Positions 25,119-36,576 of a DNA stretch of 64,000 nt are shown here, one piece after another. Made by a program: the position numbers and the translations under genes. The first letter of the stretch is position 1. Every line of letters starts with the position of its first letter. This DNA comes from Selaginella moellendorffii (lineage: Eukaryota > Plantae > Lycopodiophyta): assembly GCF_000143415.4 (NCBI RefSeq), contig NW_003314316.1, positions 936,669-1,000,668 on the forward strand, given 5' to 3'. The notes below the pieces were generated by a model. The model ran no database searches, was not told where the DNA came from, and was given only the letters and a program-made list of their open reading frames with translations.

Positions 25119-27020
25119 TCAATTCCACTGGCATATGCTTTCCACTTGGAAAGAACTGACGACTTTTGTTTTTATGCTTGAGGACAAAATGTAGGCAGCT
25201 CCATGCCTTGGGTCAATGCTTATCAGCTTGTCTACAGCTAATCTAGCATAATCTATCGCATCTTCATGGTTTTTGCAAGATCCAAGAAAGCACACCCAGT
25301 CTACAGTGTCTGGAACAAAGGGCATTGTGTTTATAAGGCCCAGAGCATCATCTAGATATCCAGATCTTCCAAGCAAATCGATCATACAAGCATAGTGTTG
25401 TTTCGTTGGATTGTGAAGATAATCTTGTCTCATAGAAGAAAAGCAGCATTTCCCAGTGTAGAGCTCTCCATCGTGACTGCAAGTGATTAGCATCGAAACA
25501 AAGCAAGTCTCTTCAGGATCAATCACTAGCTTCATCTCCAAAAACATTCTTTTGGCATCTTCCGTATGCCCTTTGTGGGCATATGCGGCAAGCATAGCAC
25601 TACAAAGAACTGCGTCTTGCAGTGGAATCCCATCAAACATCCTTTTCGCTAATCTAATTTCTCCATTTTGAGTAAACCCACCTAGCATACAGGTCCAAGA
25701 CACTAGATTTTGCTGTGGCAACTCATCAAAAACTCGCTTTGCTGAAAATACATGCCCGCATTGGGCATATGCCGTAAGCATACATGTTGCCGATATTATA
25801 TTCCTCTGGGGCATCTGGTTGTGCATCTGCTCGGCCTCGTCGACGTGGCCGTTCAAAGCATATGCTGCCACGATGGCATTCCACGTCACCAGATTCCTTT
25901 GGGGCATCTCATCAAACAGCCGCTTTGCTTTCTCCACATGCCCCTTGTGGGCATACCCAGTCAGCAGGGAGTTCCACGTAACCACGTCGTGGCGTCGCAT
26001 GGACTCAAAGATTCGCTCGGCATCTCCTAGATGCCCACTCTGGGCATATGCCGCGACAATAGCGTTGCAGGATACTAGGGACTTCTCTGGCATTGTGTGA
26101 AAAAGATTCTTTGCTCGGTCCAAATGCCCGTGCTGGATATACGCTGCCACCATGGAGTTCCACGTCACTGTGTTCCAGCTTGGCATGGAATCAAACATTG
26201 ACTTTGCGCGGAAAAGATGTCCATTTTGGGCATATACCGCAATGGCGGCATTCCAAAGAACACCGTCCCACTCGGGCACCTGTACGATTATGAGACCCAT
26301 TTCTTCGATTTGGCCACTGCTTCCGTAGGATTTAAGCATTGATGCCCAAGAGAAGAGATCTCTCTCCGGCATTGTATCAAATGTGTTCTTGGCCTCCTCC
26401 AAATGCCCATTTCGCGAGAATGCCGCGAGGATCGAATTCCAGGAGACGATGTCTTGGGTGGGCATGATCTCGAAAATGTGCCTGGATCGATCGAGCTCTC
26501 CGTTCTTGCAAGCGCAATCCAGGAAGGAATTCCAGGAGACGAGGTCCCAGGCGGGCATCTCGGTGAAGAAGCGCTGTGCTCGATCGATCTGGCCGCTGTG
26601 AGCGTAGGCCGCGAGCATCGAGTTCCAGGAGATGAGATCGCGCTGCGGCATTGCAGAGAAGACTTCGATGGACTCCTCGATTTGCCCCTTGCTGGAGAAT
26701 GCCGCCAGCATCGCGTTGTGCGAGGGGAGGAATGGATTGGGCATCTCGCGGAAGACAATTCGCGCCTCTTCCACGAACCCATTCCGGGAGTAGGCATGGA
26801 GCATGAGCATCCAGGAGAAATCATCGCGCCGCGCGAGGGAGTCGAAGATCTCTCGGGCATGATCCACCCGTCCAAATCTACCGTACACCTCGAGCAGCTT
26901 GTTGGAGACGAATCCCTCGCGCGGAAGATCGAGACGAGATTGGAGGAGAGAATGCGCTCTCTTCACATCGTTGATCGATCGGCAAGATTGGATGAGCTCT
27001 ACGCATTCCTGGTGTCTCAT
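25119..27020 (-). CDS. PLS-class pentatricopeptide repeat protein (tandem ~31-aa S/SS motifs, E domain, no DYW)
   Basis: Repeated SWNSMLAAYA..G....A...F..MP..D motifs, then HYACMIDLLGRSG...MPFVPD...W..FLGSC (E domain). Intronless. Confidence 0.93.
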   Translation of the reverse strand: MRHQECVELIQSCRSINDVKRAHSLLQSRLDLPREGFVSNKLLEVYGRFGRVDHAREIFDSLARRDDFSWMLMLHAYSRNGFVEEARIVFREMPNPFLPSHNAMLAAFSSKGQIEESIEVFSAMPQRDLISWNSMLAAYAHSGQIDRAQRFFTEMPAWDLVSWNSFLDCACKNGELDRSRHIFEIMPTQDIVSWNSILAAFSRNGHLEEAKNTFDTMPERDLFSWASMLKSYGSSGQIEEMGLIIVQVPEWDGVLWNAAIAVYAQNGHLFRAKSMFDSMPSWNTVTWNSMVAAYIQHGHLDRAKNLFHTMPEKSLVSCNAIVAAYAQSGHLGDAERIFESMRRHDVVTWNSLLTGYAHKGHVEKAKRLFDEMPQRNLVTWNAIVAAYALNGHVDEAEQMHNQMPQRNIISATCMLTAYAQCGHVFSAKRVFDELPQQNLVSWTCMLGGFTQNGEIRLAKRMFDGIPLQDAVLCSAMLAAYAHKGHTEDAKRMFLEMKLVIDPEETCFVSMLITCSHDGELYTGKCCFSSMRQDYLHNPTKQHYACMIDLLGRSGYLDDALGLINTMPFVPDTVDWVCFLGSCKNHEDAIDYARLAVDKLISIDPRHGAAYILSSSIKTKVVSSFQVESICQWN

Positions 27021-27060
27021 CCAAGAACACGAAAAGTATTATCGTTAATCTAACCTTAAC

Positions 27061-27515
27061 TTTCAAAGCAAGGGGATGTAGCTCAAATGGTAGAGCGATA
27101 TAGCCATAGGTACCCATTTTTTCTTCCTTTAAGATTTTTCTAATCCTCTATTATTTAATTTTATGTTGAACTATTCTTAATTTTCAAAGCTCAAATTAGA
27201 GCGATGGTCGACGATACCTCCCATTTCCATTTTCTTTTTCCTTTAAGATTTTTATAATCATCTATTATTTTATGTTAATCTATTCTTAATTTTCAAGCAA
27301 GGGGATGTAGCTCAAATGGTAGAGCGATGGTCGACGATAGACATAGGTAGGAGGATCGATACCTCCCATCTCCATTTTCTTTTTCCTTTAAGATTTTCTA
27401 ATCCTCTATTATTTTATGTTAGTCTATTCTTAATTTTCAAGCAGCTCAAATGGTAGAGCAATGTCGGACGATCGGCGTAGGTAGGAGGATCGATACCTCC
27501 CATCTCCATTTTTTT
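27061..27515 (+). repeat. Tandem array of four tRNA-Ala-derived units (~115-145 bp each: tRNA-like body, T-rich terminator, AT-rich spacer)
   Basis: Repeated spacer cctttaagatttt.taatc.tctattattttatgtt..tctattcttaattttcaa separates bodies at 27072-27116 (deleted), 27188-27229 (deleted), 27301-27374 (full) and 27443-27508 (5'-truncated). Confidence 0.9.
27301..27374 (+). ncRNA. tRNA-Ala-like RNA with non-canonical anticodon arm (full-length copy)
   Basis: Acceptor GGGGATG/CATCTCC+A (G3:U70), D-arm GCTC-AAATGGTA-GAGC, 18-nt arm ATGGTCGACGATAGACAT, variable loop AGGTA, T-arm GGAGG-ATCGATA-CCTCC. CAA upstream and TTTT downstream. Confidence 0.75.
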
Positions 27516-27542
27516 AGGTTTTAGGGCTACTTGTTATCGCCA

Positions 27543-30500
27543 ATGGCTTTGGCGCTCGGCTATGGCGCCATGCCATTGCCGAGGCGCTGCTGCTTCAATG
27601 CCGCCTCTTCTTCTTTCAATCGGTGAGCTGAGATGTCAATCTCTTGTGTAGCACTGAGCATTTGAGCTGAATCGGATTGCGCATTTCATGGATTGAGCGT
27701 TCGTTGCGCAGGGTTTTGATCGTGAGAGCTGCTGCGCGAATGAGCGCTGCGCAAGAGACTCTCGAGGTGCTGGAATGGAAGAGACTGTCCAGTGCTGTTT
27801 CGAGCTTTGCTAGCACTGCGCTGGGAAGGGAACGCCTCCAGGTTCCTTGAAGGAAAATTTCTAGCTTTTGCTGATACTTTGAGGCGTGCGTTCTCTCCAG
27901 GTTCTCGAACTGCCCAGCACTGAGAGTGCCAGTGAGATGCTTCTCTCGGAGACTCATGGCGCATTGGAGTTTGAAGCTCTTCGTGGGAATTCTTGTGACC
28001 TTGGAGCAATCCAAACAGATGTGGTAACACAAAGTTTGATACGATTGCTGTAGGAATTATTTTTCTTCTTCCCTGCAGGTTAAAGTTGGATTGACTCGTG
28101 CTAGCAAAGGAGTTGCTCTATCGGGCAAAGAAGCTGCTGCCCTTGCCGCTATGCTTGAAGCAGCTCGTTCTCTCAGGCATGCTGCTTTCTCTTCGTTTCA
28201 AGAAAACAAGGAGAAACAAGAGATTTTGCGTCCTATCTATGATATGGTAAGCATGGACACACTTTTCTACAAGCTAACTGCGACGTTTTGCTTGTCAGCT
28301 TTGCTCCATTGATGCCGACGTTGATACTACAAAGACGATCTGGAACGCTGTTAACGACGATGGTTCGGTGAAAGATTCAGCGGTATAATGATTGAACTAG
28401 TGTTCCTTGCTGCTGACGTTTATATTGCAGAGCCCCGAGCTACGAACTGCGAGAATGGAACAAGCCTCGTGCGAGAGAAAGGTACTACTGATTGAATGCT
28501 TTTGGATACCGTGGAGAGGATGTATGATTTATAACAGCTTCAAGAGCTTATGACGAGGATTGTCATCGACAGGCTTGCTGGCGATCCTAATGGTCAGGTT
28601 TGTTTATTACGCTGTCTTCAGAAGGTGAAAATCATGTTGAATGTTATCAGGTTGCCAGCCTTGATGGAAGGCTTTGCGTGGCAGTTTCTACTGAAAACAA
28701 TTCGAAAGTGCCGGGTCTACTCTTGCAAAGGTAATCTTGTCTTGCAACGACTGCTTTCCATATCACATCTTTTGCAGTTCTGCTGGAGGATTAGTTTCCT
28801 ACGTAGAACCTTCTGCAGCTGTTGCATTAAACAACAGTTTGTCGCAGGCTAGAGCAGATGCTGCTCAAGCTGAATATCGTGTTCTGGATGATCTCACGAC
28901 GAAGGTCTTCCTTTCTTACATCTCCGCTGTTGCTATAGCTTCCTGAGTCTGGTTTTGTGGATACTTCAGTTGCGACCTTTTCTCAGCAATTTTTCTTTCA
29001 CATTGGATATTGTTGCAGATTTTGATGTGGTAAGCTTCACTGCCTTGTTATCCTTAACTTGTTGGATCTGTGTAGGTGCTGGCTCGTGGAAGATACAGCT
29101 CTTCTATTGGAGCGACCAGACCTTCATTTGTACATGCGGAAAGAGACGAATCGGAGAGTACATTGGACGAGTTTCTAGTTCTTTTGGAAGGGGCCAGACA
29201 TCCTCTGTTACTAGAACAACACCGTGGAAACTTACGTGACGCGAAAGCAAAACTGAACACGAAACGGAAGGTTGACATATTTGCCTTTTATTTTGCACAC
29301 TCACCACAAAGCTTCTCCAGATTCTTAACAGGATGAAGTCACGGGCTTTCACCAGTGCTCAGGACTATCAAGCGGCAGAGGAAGCTATTACCAAAGCTGA
29401 AGAAGAAGTAATCATCGATTTCAGATGCTGTCTCTAACTTTTACATTCAATCAGCTAGGTTGCGGAGCTGGAGGCCTCCGTACCCGTTCCCATTGACTTC
29501 CTTATCAAGAGAGAAACAAAAGTTGTCACCATTACTGGACCGAATACGGGAGGCAAGACTGCTGCTATCAAAACGCTTGGATTAGCTGTGCTAATGGCCA
29601 GAGCAGGTAAGCTTCAGTGTTTATGCCTATTGTTCCTTAGAAAAATTCCTTTTCGCAGGACTTTACGTTTTAGCCAAAGAACCAGCTCTAATTCCATGGG
29701 TTGACAGAGTTCTTGCTGATATAGGAGATCAACAATCGTTAAGCCAGTCTTTATCAACGTTCTCCGGACATTTGCTCAGAATCAAGGTGTGTATGGGAAG
29801 GCGGCCAGAGTTTTCGAGCTTACACATTTTTGCAGCGCATCAAAGAGGAGTCAACGAGCTCTTCTCTAGTTCTTTTGGACGAGGTCGGTTTGCTGCAACA
29901 TTTAGCTAGTGCTGGATAAATGTTCGAAGGTTTTGCAGGTTGGAACTGGTACAGACTTTGTGGAAGGCGCGGCTTTAGGAATGGCAATGCTGGAGTCATT
30001 TGCAGCTGGTAGTCTTCTCACTTTGGCCACAACACATCATGGAGAACTCAAGATGCTCAAATATAGGCAAGTGCTATTCAACAGGCATTTTATAAGCGCC
30101 TCAGTTGTGGTTTTTACTTTTGTTACAGTGATGATAGATTCGAGAATGCATCAGTAGAGTTTGACGAAGAGAAGCTCAAACCAACTTACCGACTTCTTTG
30201 GGGGATTCCAGGTGAATAGTAGTAACTCATGGAGCGTGTAGTATCGTACTGTTTGGTTTGCAGGACGTTCGAATGCTCTAAACATTGCAGCACGGCTGGG
30301 CCTGCCCGAAGAAATCATAATGGAGGCCCGAAGCTTGCACGGAGCAGCCAATGCCGAGTTAAACGAGGTATGCTCCCAGAGTTTGGAGGTGACAATCCGC
30401 AAGTTTTACGTGTAAACTCCAGGTGATCATGACGCTGGAACAAGCTCGGCAGAAGTTTGAGCACGATTTGTCCAAGAGCCAGAAACTCTTGGGGTAAGCA

Positions 30501-30693
30501 AGCACGCTTTCCTGATCGATCAACCTGGTATCTTGGTGTTTGCAGGGAAACCAGAAGGCATTATCGTGCACTCTCGATTGCTCAGAAAGAGATTGAGGAG
30601 TACAGAAAGACGGCTGCGTTGGATGCCAACGATCAGCTCGCAGTGGCTGAAGCAGCGGCACGAAGCGACCTTAACAAACTCTATCATTCGTAA
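27543..30693 (+). CDS. MUTS2: MutS2-family ATPase (probably plastid-targeted), ~20 exons, no C-terminal Smr domain visible
   Basis: [22 protein letters not shown], Walker [36 protein letters not shown]|[34 protein letters not shown]|RSNALNIA. Transit-peptide-like N-terminus. Confidence 0.92.
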
Positions 30694-30776
30694 CGCTCCC
30701 TGGAAATGGAATTCCAAGCGAAGAACACTTCCTATTATCCTTGTTTAGACTAATCTAATTCTAATTGTCAAAGCAA

Positions 30777-30850
30777 GGGGATGTAGCTCAAATGGTAGAG
30801 CGATGTACGACGATCGGCATAGGTAGGAGGATCGATACCTCCCATCTCCA
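30777..30850 (+). ncRNA. tRNA-Ala-like RNA with non-canonical anticodon arm (second full-length, dispersed copy)
   Basis: Identical to 27301-27374 except the arm ATGTACGACGATCGGCAT. Shares a homologous ~25-bp upstream flank ending CAAAGCAA, and has a T8 terminator 4 nt downstream. Confidence 0.75.
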
Positions 30851-30990
30851 AATGTTTTTTTTAGTGCCTACCATCCACAGATTTCTCCATTACTATCTCA
30901 AAAAAAGAAGGAAAAAACTATTTAACTCAAAGAAAGAAAAAAAAAAACTAGGCTTTATCAAGAGTGATCGAATGAACGAACGAAGGAATA

Positions 30991-31746
30991 TCAATAGCTC
31001 CAAGTTTTCTCCATCATCAGCTTTGGCGGCTTGGAGCTCTCTCTCGCGAGTGGAATGTCCGCATAGATCTTGAAAGGCCCAGTTCCATCCTTGCTCGCTC
31101 TCGACCAGTCCACGGCAATGCTCTTGTCCAGCCCCTTGTACGTCGCCTTGATGCTATCCTCCTTGCTCACCTTCCTCGACACTCCAAAATCCCACGTCTT
31201 GGTTCCCAGGTGGAATGCCGGCTCCAAGCAAGCCCCAGATCGATCGTGCACGAACGAGTACCTCACTCTCCCCGCCTGGGACGCGAAATCGTAGCTCAGG
31301 CCGAGCTTGTTCTTGGGATCCAGCGTGAGCGCCGCCTCGACCGCGGTGGAGGATGGATCGCTCTGGTGGTGGGTGTAGCAGAGATTGAGCGTCCTGGAGC
31401 CCATGACACTGGCGGTGCTGGAGAAGTGGAACTTTGGGGAGCGCGAGCCCAGATCGTAGTCGAAGAGGAAGGAGCCGGGCTTCTCGACGCCGAGGGAGAG
31501 GCCGTCGAGGGATGGGCCGCTGGCGAAGGTGTCGTCGGTGCAAGAGGCGCGGAGGAGCAAATCGCCCGCCTCGACCGTGAGGACGCCCACCGCGGACCTG
31601 GATGCCGCATCGATTCGCGTCTTGAAACACGCCCGTGGGAAGCGAATGCCGCCGCCGCCGCCTTCACCGCCATCGCTGGTGTCGGTGCCGCTGCTCGCGG
31701 CCTTTCCCCACGCCATTCTCTCGCTCCCTAAAGCCCTAGAGCGCAT
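30991..31746 (-). CDS. OEP24: Chloroplast outer envelope pore protein 24 (start may be ATG 31716)
   Basis: AGDLLLRASCTDDTF.SGPSL.GLSLGVEKPGSF..DY, LNLCYTH, EPAF.L.TKTWDF.VSRKV...D.IKATY, GPFKI, PKL..EKTW.Y. Confidence 0.88.
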   Translation of the reverse strand: MRSRALGSERMAWGKAASSGTDTSDGGEGGGGGIRFPRACFKTRIDAASRSAVGVLTVEAGDLLLRASCTDDTFASGPSLDGLSLGVEKPGSFLFDYDLGSRSPKFHFSSTASVMGSRTLNLCYTHHQSDPSSTAVEAALTLDPKNKLGLSYDFASQAGRVRYSFVHDRSGACLEPAFHLGTKTWDFGVSRKVSKEDSIKATYKGLDKSIAVDWSRASKDGTGPFKIYADIPLARESSKPPKLMMEKTWSY

Positions 31747-34427
31747 GCCTAGGGTTTAAACATTCATTCGTAACGAATATCCGATTGGTTCGCTGAATAT
31801 TCTCAGATTATTAGTTTTATCCAAGATGGGACACTGGATTTCCTCCTGGATTTCTCCGGCCAAGTTCGCCATCCTCCCCGTCCTCCCACTAGGGTTTCCT
31901 CCTGGATCAACGCTTGCAGTAAGCATTGAAAGAGCGAGAGAGAAATTTTCTCCCTCTTCACATCCTGGCCTCGTTCTCCACAAGAACTATTTAGTCCCAT
32001 CATAAATCTCTTTAGAGAGATCTCCTTGGCAAAGTTATCAGGGAGAAATGTGACCTAATAACTTACTAATGTGATTGATTGATACAACCATGAAACATGA
32101 GAAGGATTACAAGGATGTGATTGCCAGTTTGGACTTAACCAGGTAATCAATCTTGAGGGACTAAGGAAGAAAGAAGAGATAAAGCAGAATTGCAAGGCTT
32201 TTGAAAAGTTTTTGATGGCCTTTGTAGTAATTTGTTCAGTTGGACAAATTTCTTTATGAGTAGTCACTTTTAAATGACCTCTTCCTTTCAAGTTTTGAAT
32301 TTAAAAAATTAAAAAGGATCCAAAACACAATAGAAACTCCAAACTTTATAGCTATTGGCAAATGAAGTATACAAATTAAAAGCAAGTATAAAGTTTTTAA
32401 GAAACTTCATGAGGATGGATAATTATTTTAACTTGTACAACCAGTATTACATAAAGATCAGAAAGTTAGTTGATATATATTGCTTTTTGAAGCAATATAA
32501 CTTTTAAAAGTAGTCTATGTTAAATAACAAATAACAAATTACTTGTTGTAGTATGTAAATTAATTAAATAAAAAAAAATTTAGTTGATTTTATATTCTCT
32601 TTTATTACCATATGATGTAACATTTTATTTAATATATATCTCACCTTATTCAGAACTAATTTTAATTAAGGATAAAAAATAAAATAATACATCCTTTTAA
32701 TTTATCTCACTGTTGCAATAAAAAAGAATAGTAGTGCCATAAAAAATATTTTTATTGTTCTTAAAACTATTTTAAAAATTCCTATGTATTTTAATAAGTG
32801 GACTTGGGATTCAAAGACATAATTAATTGCTAATCAAGATTTTTTTTTTTTTTTTTTTGATAAATAATGTAGGAGATGAAACTCTTATGGCAACCAAAAA
32901 GGAGGATTTAGTATTTAAATGTTGGAAGTATAAATTTTAGAATGTAAAATTCACATAATAAACCCTATTAATTACCATTTCTTTAATAACATTTAGTTCT
33001 TTATGAACTTTATTTGTAAAAGTATTTATTCTAAAACAATAAAAAATTATTTAATTTATCATATAGGTATTTTTATCAATTTATTGGATATATAATTGTA
33101 TTATTTTTTTTTAACACTGGGTCACCAAAGTGAAATATTAGTTATAAATATTAAAAATAATAAATAATAACATAAATATTTGAAATATATATATTGTAGT
33201 TTAATTTTAATCAATCCTCTTTTAAATTTTTTATTATAGTATATTTATATCTTATATATTCACAACTTGAAATAATAAACAATAGAAATGATCATTTACA
33301 TTATAATAGTGTTTAGAAATAAATAAATAAATAATATTATAAAAATATAATACAATTAATTTACATTTAAATTGATTTGCTAGAAAGATATAATCAACTT
33401 TTAAGTCATTAAGTTTTTAATTTATTAAAAGACAATAGAGTATGTCCCACTTAGAATAAATTTCAAAGTAGTTATTTTTAAAAAAAATTTATTTAGAAGT
33501 GAAAAATTCAAGATAATAACTTTTAAATAAGTAAAAATTTTAAATTTTAAATAGATTTTTATTTATAGTTAATTAATTTAGTGAAAACTTATTTAATTTA
33601 GTTTTGAACAAAAGAGTGTAAATTGCTTGATATTTTAAAATAGTGGAATAAATTTTATTGCATGTATCCAAAATGCTATTTTATAATTAATATAGTTATA
33701 AATATTTCAACATTCAATTTCAGTATCTAAAACTTTAACCGAACCAAGTTATCATTTTTAAATTTGTGGTAAAGATAAATGGTATGACATAAGTTTTTCA
33801 TAAATATTTTAATTTTTTTAACTTAGCTAAATTAGAACACAAATAAATAATATATATCTAGTTTTTAGGAAAACATGAAATTTTTTAGATATTCTGCTAA
33901 ATTATATTACACTATATGTGCTCAAAATATAGGAATAAATATATTATTTGGCTGCTTATATATAGAAATGGATGGATTAAATTCAATTCTAAATAGACAG
34001 TACATATGTTATAGTACTATAATTAATGTATTATTAAGGTAGAGTAATACAACTCTCTCTCTCTCTCTCTGACTCTATATATATGTATGTATGTATGTAT
34101 TTAAAAACTTGATATCATCCTCCCCTCTAGAAGATGAAAAAAGTGATAAAAATAAGTCAGATGGAATATTTAGAGCTTCTGCTAAGTGATTATAAATTAC
34201 TATAAGAATTTGAAGCTCCCACAAAACCATTAACAAAGTTTTTGACAACCATGATTGAAATAAAATCTAAAGCTATGGCATAAGCATCAGTTGACTATAA
34301 ATCTCAATGAATTAATTGTAATTTCATATGCAACTGCTAAATGTTTAAACCAACCTCAAATCCATAATTTTAAATAAAAGCAAAAACTTTAAGAACTGCT
34401 GTAGTCCATGAAATATCATTGCAATAG

Positions 34428-34739
34428 ATGATACATCCCGTGTTTAAGTCTTCTTGCTAATAATCTTCCAAGACCACTGTTAACTCAAACTTATGACCAT
34501 AAGTAGAATTTGCCTCTTTGTCTTTATCTAGCACTATATATAAAAGATTGGACTCATTCCACTTGTCCACCACATCCTTTTTAATGATACATCCCGTGTT
34601 TAAGTCTTCTTGCTAATAATCTTCCAAGACCACTATTAACTCAAACTTATGACCATAAGTAAAATTTACCTCTTTGTCTTTATCTAGCACTATATATAAA
34701 AGATTGGACTCATTCCACTTGTCCACCACATCCTTTTTA
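34428..34739. repeat. 156-bp tandem duplication in an AT-rich intergenic/relic region
   Basis: Near-identical copies start at 34428 and 34584 (atgatacatcccgtgtttaagtcttc...cacatccttttta). Confidence 0.9.
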
Positions 34740-36576
34740 TCCCCTCTTTGAAGGAAGATTTTTTTTTAAGCACTAGCTCTGTTCAAATTCTCATCCTCAT
34801 TCTAAAGCCTCACTGTAAGCTTTTGAATTTGAACTTCTTGGGAAGTCACCTAGCTCAGTACTATTCAAACCCAAGGATGCTTAACCTCAAATATCCCAAA
34901 ACCCTTAATCAATTAAAAAAAAAGGTGCACTTTTGTTCATGGGCCCTTTCCCTTTATATTTGAACCCCTATGGATCGTCTCTTGAGTCGTTCCCTTTAGT
35001 TGATTACACTCACTTCACTATCACATTTGTATAGCCTCACTACATTAGGGTTAGATGTTTCATTTGAATTTATTATATTCATCCTTATCCCACAATCCAT
35101 GTCATTTACATTTGCTCCACTATTATATTTATTCATCATTACTCTATCATCAAGCCAGACACCCATCTGCCCCCTTTACCCTCTCCTTTGAAAAAAACAT
35201 TTTTTGAAGCATCAGGGCAAAGAGGAGAAAGAAATAGTGTAGAAGAAGAAAAAATGGATAAAAAAGCATTGGAAAAGGAATTTACAACAATTAACAATGC
35301 AAAAATAGGGAAATCAAAGAAAGATATATGCTTAAAGCTTGGAAAATAAAGAACTTCATATCATAAAATACTTCTATTACCACAATATAAACAAAAGATT
35401 TACACTGCTCAACCTCCTCAACACATAACTCAATTATTGAGACAAGAAAATTAATAATAATATTCACACTCTCAAGGGAATACATAAATTCCTCAACATT
35501 AATGGAAAAATAAAAGCTCTCAATATCATTAACAAATGAGGACACACACTCAACCCAAAACTTTGGCTAAAGTGACTCAACCTTTGGAATAAAAAAATAT
35601 TCAACACCAAAATTGATCAAAGACTTTGCCAACAAAATAAAAACAAAAATCTCACCTTCATGCATATATTTAACATTTAGGCTAAGAAATAAAAAAATGT
35701 TGGAAAAAACAGAAGGTAAAGATAAAGGATCAAATGGTAAATTGAAAGATTGATACCTACCTTATGAAATCTCTATTTCATCTCTAAAGCTATCTCCATA
35801 ATAATTAGACTTGTCAAAACGATTTGGAATCCACCCAAGCTCATACATATCATCTTCCTATAAATTTGATCCTTGAACATTCTCTAAGAACCAAATTACA
35901 TCATCCATAGCTCACTAATTGATATCACAATCATGAGAGATGGCATAATACCAAGAACAAAATAAGTCATATAATCACATCTCACAAAAGTTAGAGACTG
36001 TAACACACAAAGGATGGGTGCAATATCAACATGATCATACCTCACTGCACCAAAAACTTGATCTAACAGAGCACCATTAGCAGCCTTAAGTGACATACTC
36101 CTTGATTGATGACAACATAGTTGGTAAGAGACAAGAATGCAATGAAGATTAAAAAAAAAAAGTAGATCTAAACAAGCAATAACTAGTGTTCTAGATCTTG
36201 CAAAAAGTTGATACAAATCTAGATTTAAAAGAGAATGAAGAAATAAGAATAAAAAACACAATTTCAAACACTAGAGCAAAACATTACCAAAAAAACTTTG
36301 CTTTTCAAGGACAAATTATAATGCCTTTCATTTCCACCAATGTAAATGATATAAGAATAAATATATTAATTAGAGTTTAAATTTTTACTTATATACAATA
36401 ATGGATGGATTAAATTCCATTCAAAATAGACAGTCTATATGTTATAGTATTATAATTAGCATATTACTTAACCAGTGTAATATATGTATCTACAAACCTT
36501 ACAACATTTTATTTTAATTTAATTTGAATTTAGTAGTCAGTAAGAATTTTCTTTACTGGAAGGTGACATACAATTC

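Noticed and set aside
27301-27374. Canonical tRNA-Ser(CGA), Arg(ACG) or Val(GAC) gene
   Set aside because: The body is Ala-type, the arm is 18 nt with a bulge, and U33 and purine-37 are missing. No standard anticodon can be assigned.
27061-27515. CRISPR-like repeat-spacer array
   Set aside because: Eukaryotic context with no cas genes. The spacers are themselves repeated and the units are tRNA-derived.
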